Virus record (IMG/VR): IMGVR_UViG_3300020213_000030
Location: 4,530-68,529 of that record
DNA from: a virus
Direction: 5' to 3' (one strand)
DNA: 64,000 bases
Under the pieces are notes generated by a model. The model was not told the origin of the DNA and ran no database searches. It worked only from the letters and a program-made list of their open reading frames with translations. Made by a program: the position numbers and the translations under genes. Below are positions 56,220-64,000 of the stretch, one piece after another (the first letter of the stretch is position 1; the number at the start of each line of letters is the position of its first letter).

Positions 56220-64000
<7,781 letters not shown>

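Overview
The window is most of an N4-like (Schitoviridae-type) lytic phage genome, circularly permuted. The giant virion RNA polymerase runs off the right edge, and the gene normally upstream of it (gp51-like) is cut by the left edge. A GcrA-like gene, an alphaproteobacterial-style lysis cassette and an H-NS-like gene point to an alphaproteobacterial host (inference). Layout: 1-17.1 kb, minus-strand late genes (ejection/structural proteins, major capsid, portal, lysis, terminase); 17.2-19.6 kb, accessory block (two HAD-like proteins, an Acb2-like anti-CBASS protein, an HslV-like peptidase); 19.6-20.4 kb, non-coding putative genome-end region with a motif array and vRNAP hairpin promoters; 20.4-56 kb, plus-strand early and middle genes (gp1, gp2/Drc, two-subunit RNAP II, a tail/receptor-binding module, AAA + vWA peptidase, dCMP deaminase, ThyX, helicase, family A DNA polymerase, primase, Sak4, SSB, resolvase); 56.2-64 kb, vRNAP. 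The observations most worth checking are the Acb2-like protein, a stand-alone NAD-ligase domain Ia protein, two structured non-coding RNA candidates (42.5 and 49.1 kb), a recurring GATAATC motif, H-NS/GcrA host-regulator mimics, an exact 89-bp duplication at the helicase 3' end and a (DA)14 microsatellite in vRNAP. All family calls come from motif recognition by eye; no searches were run, and I cannot establish that any of these is a new system.
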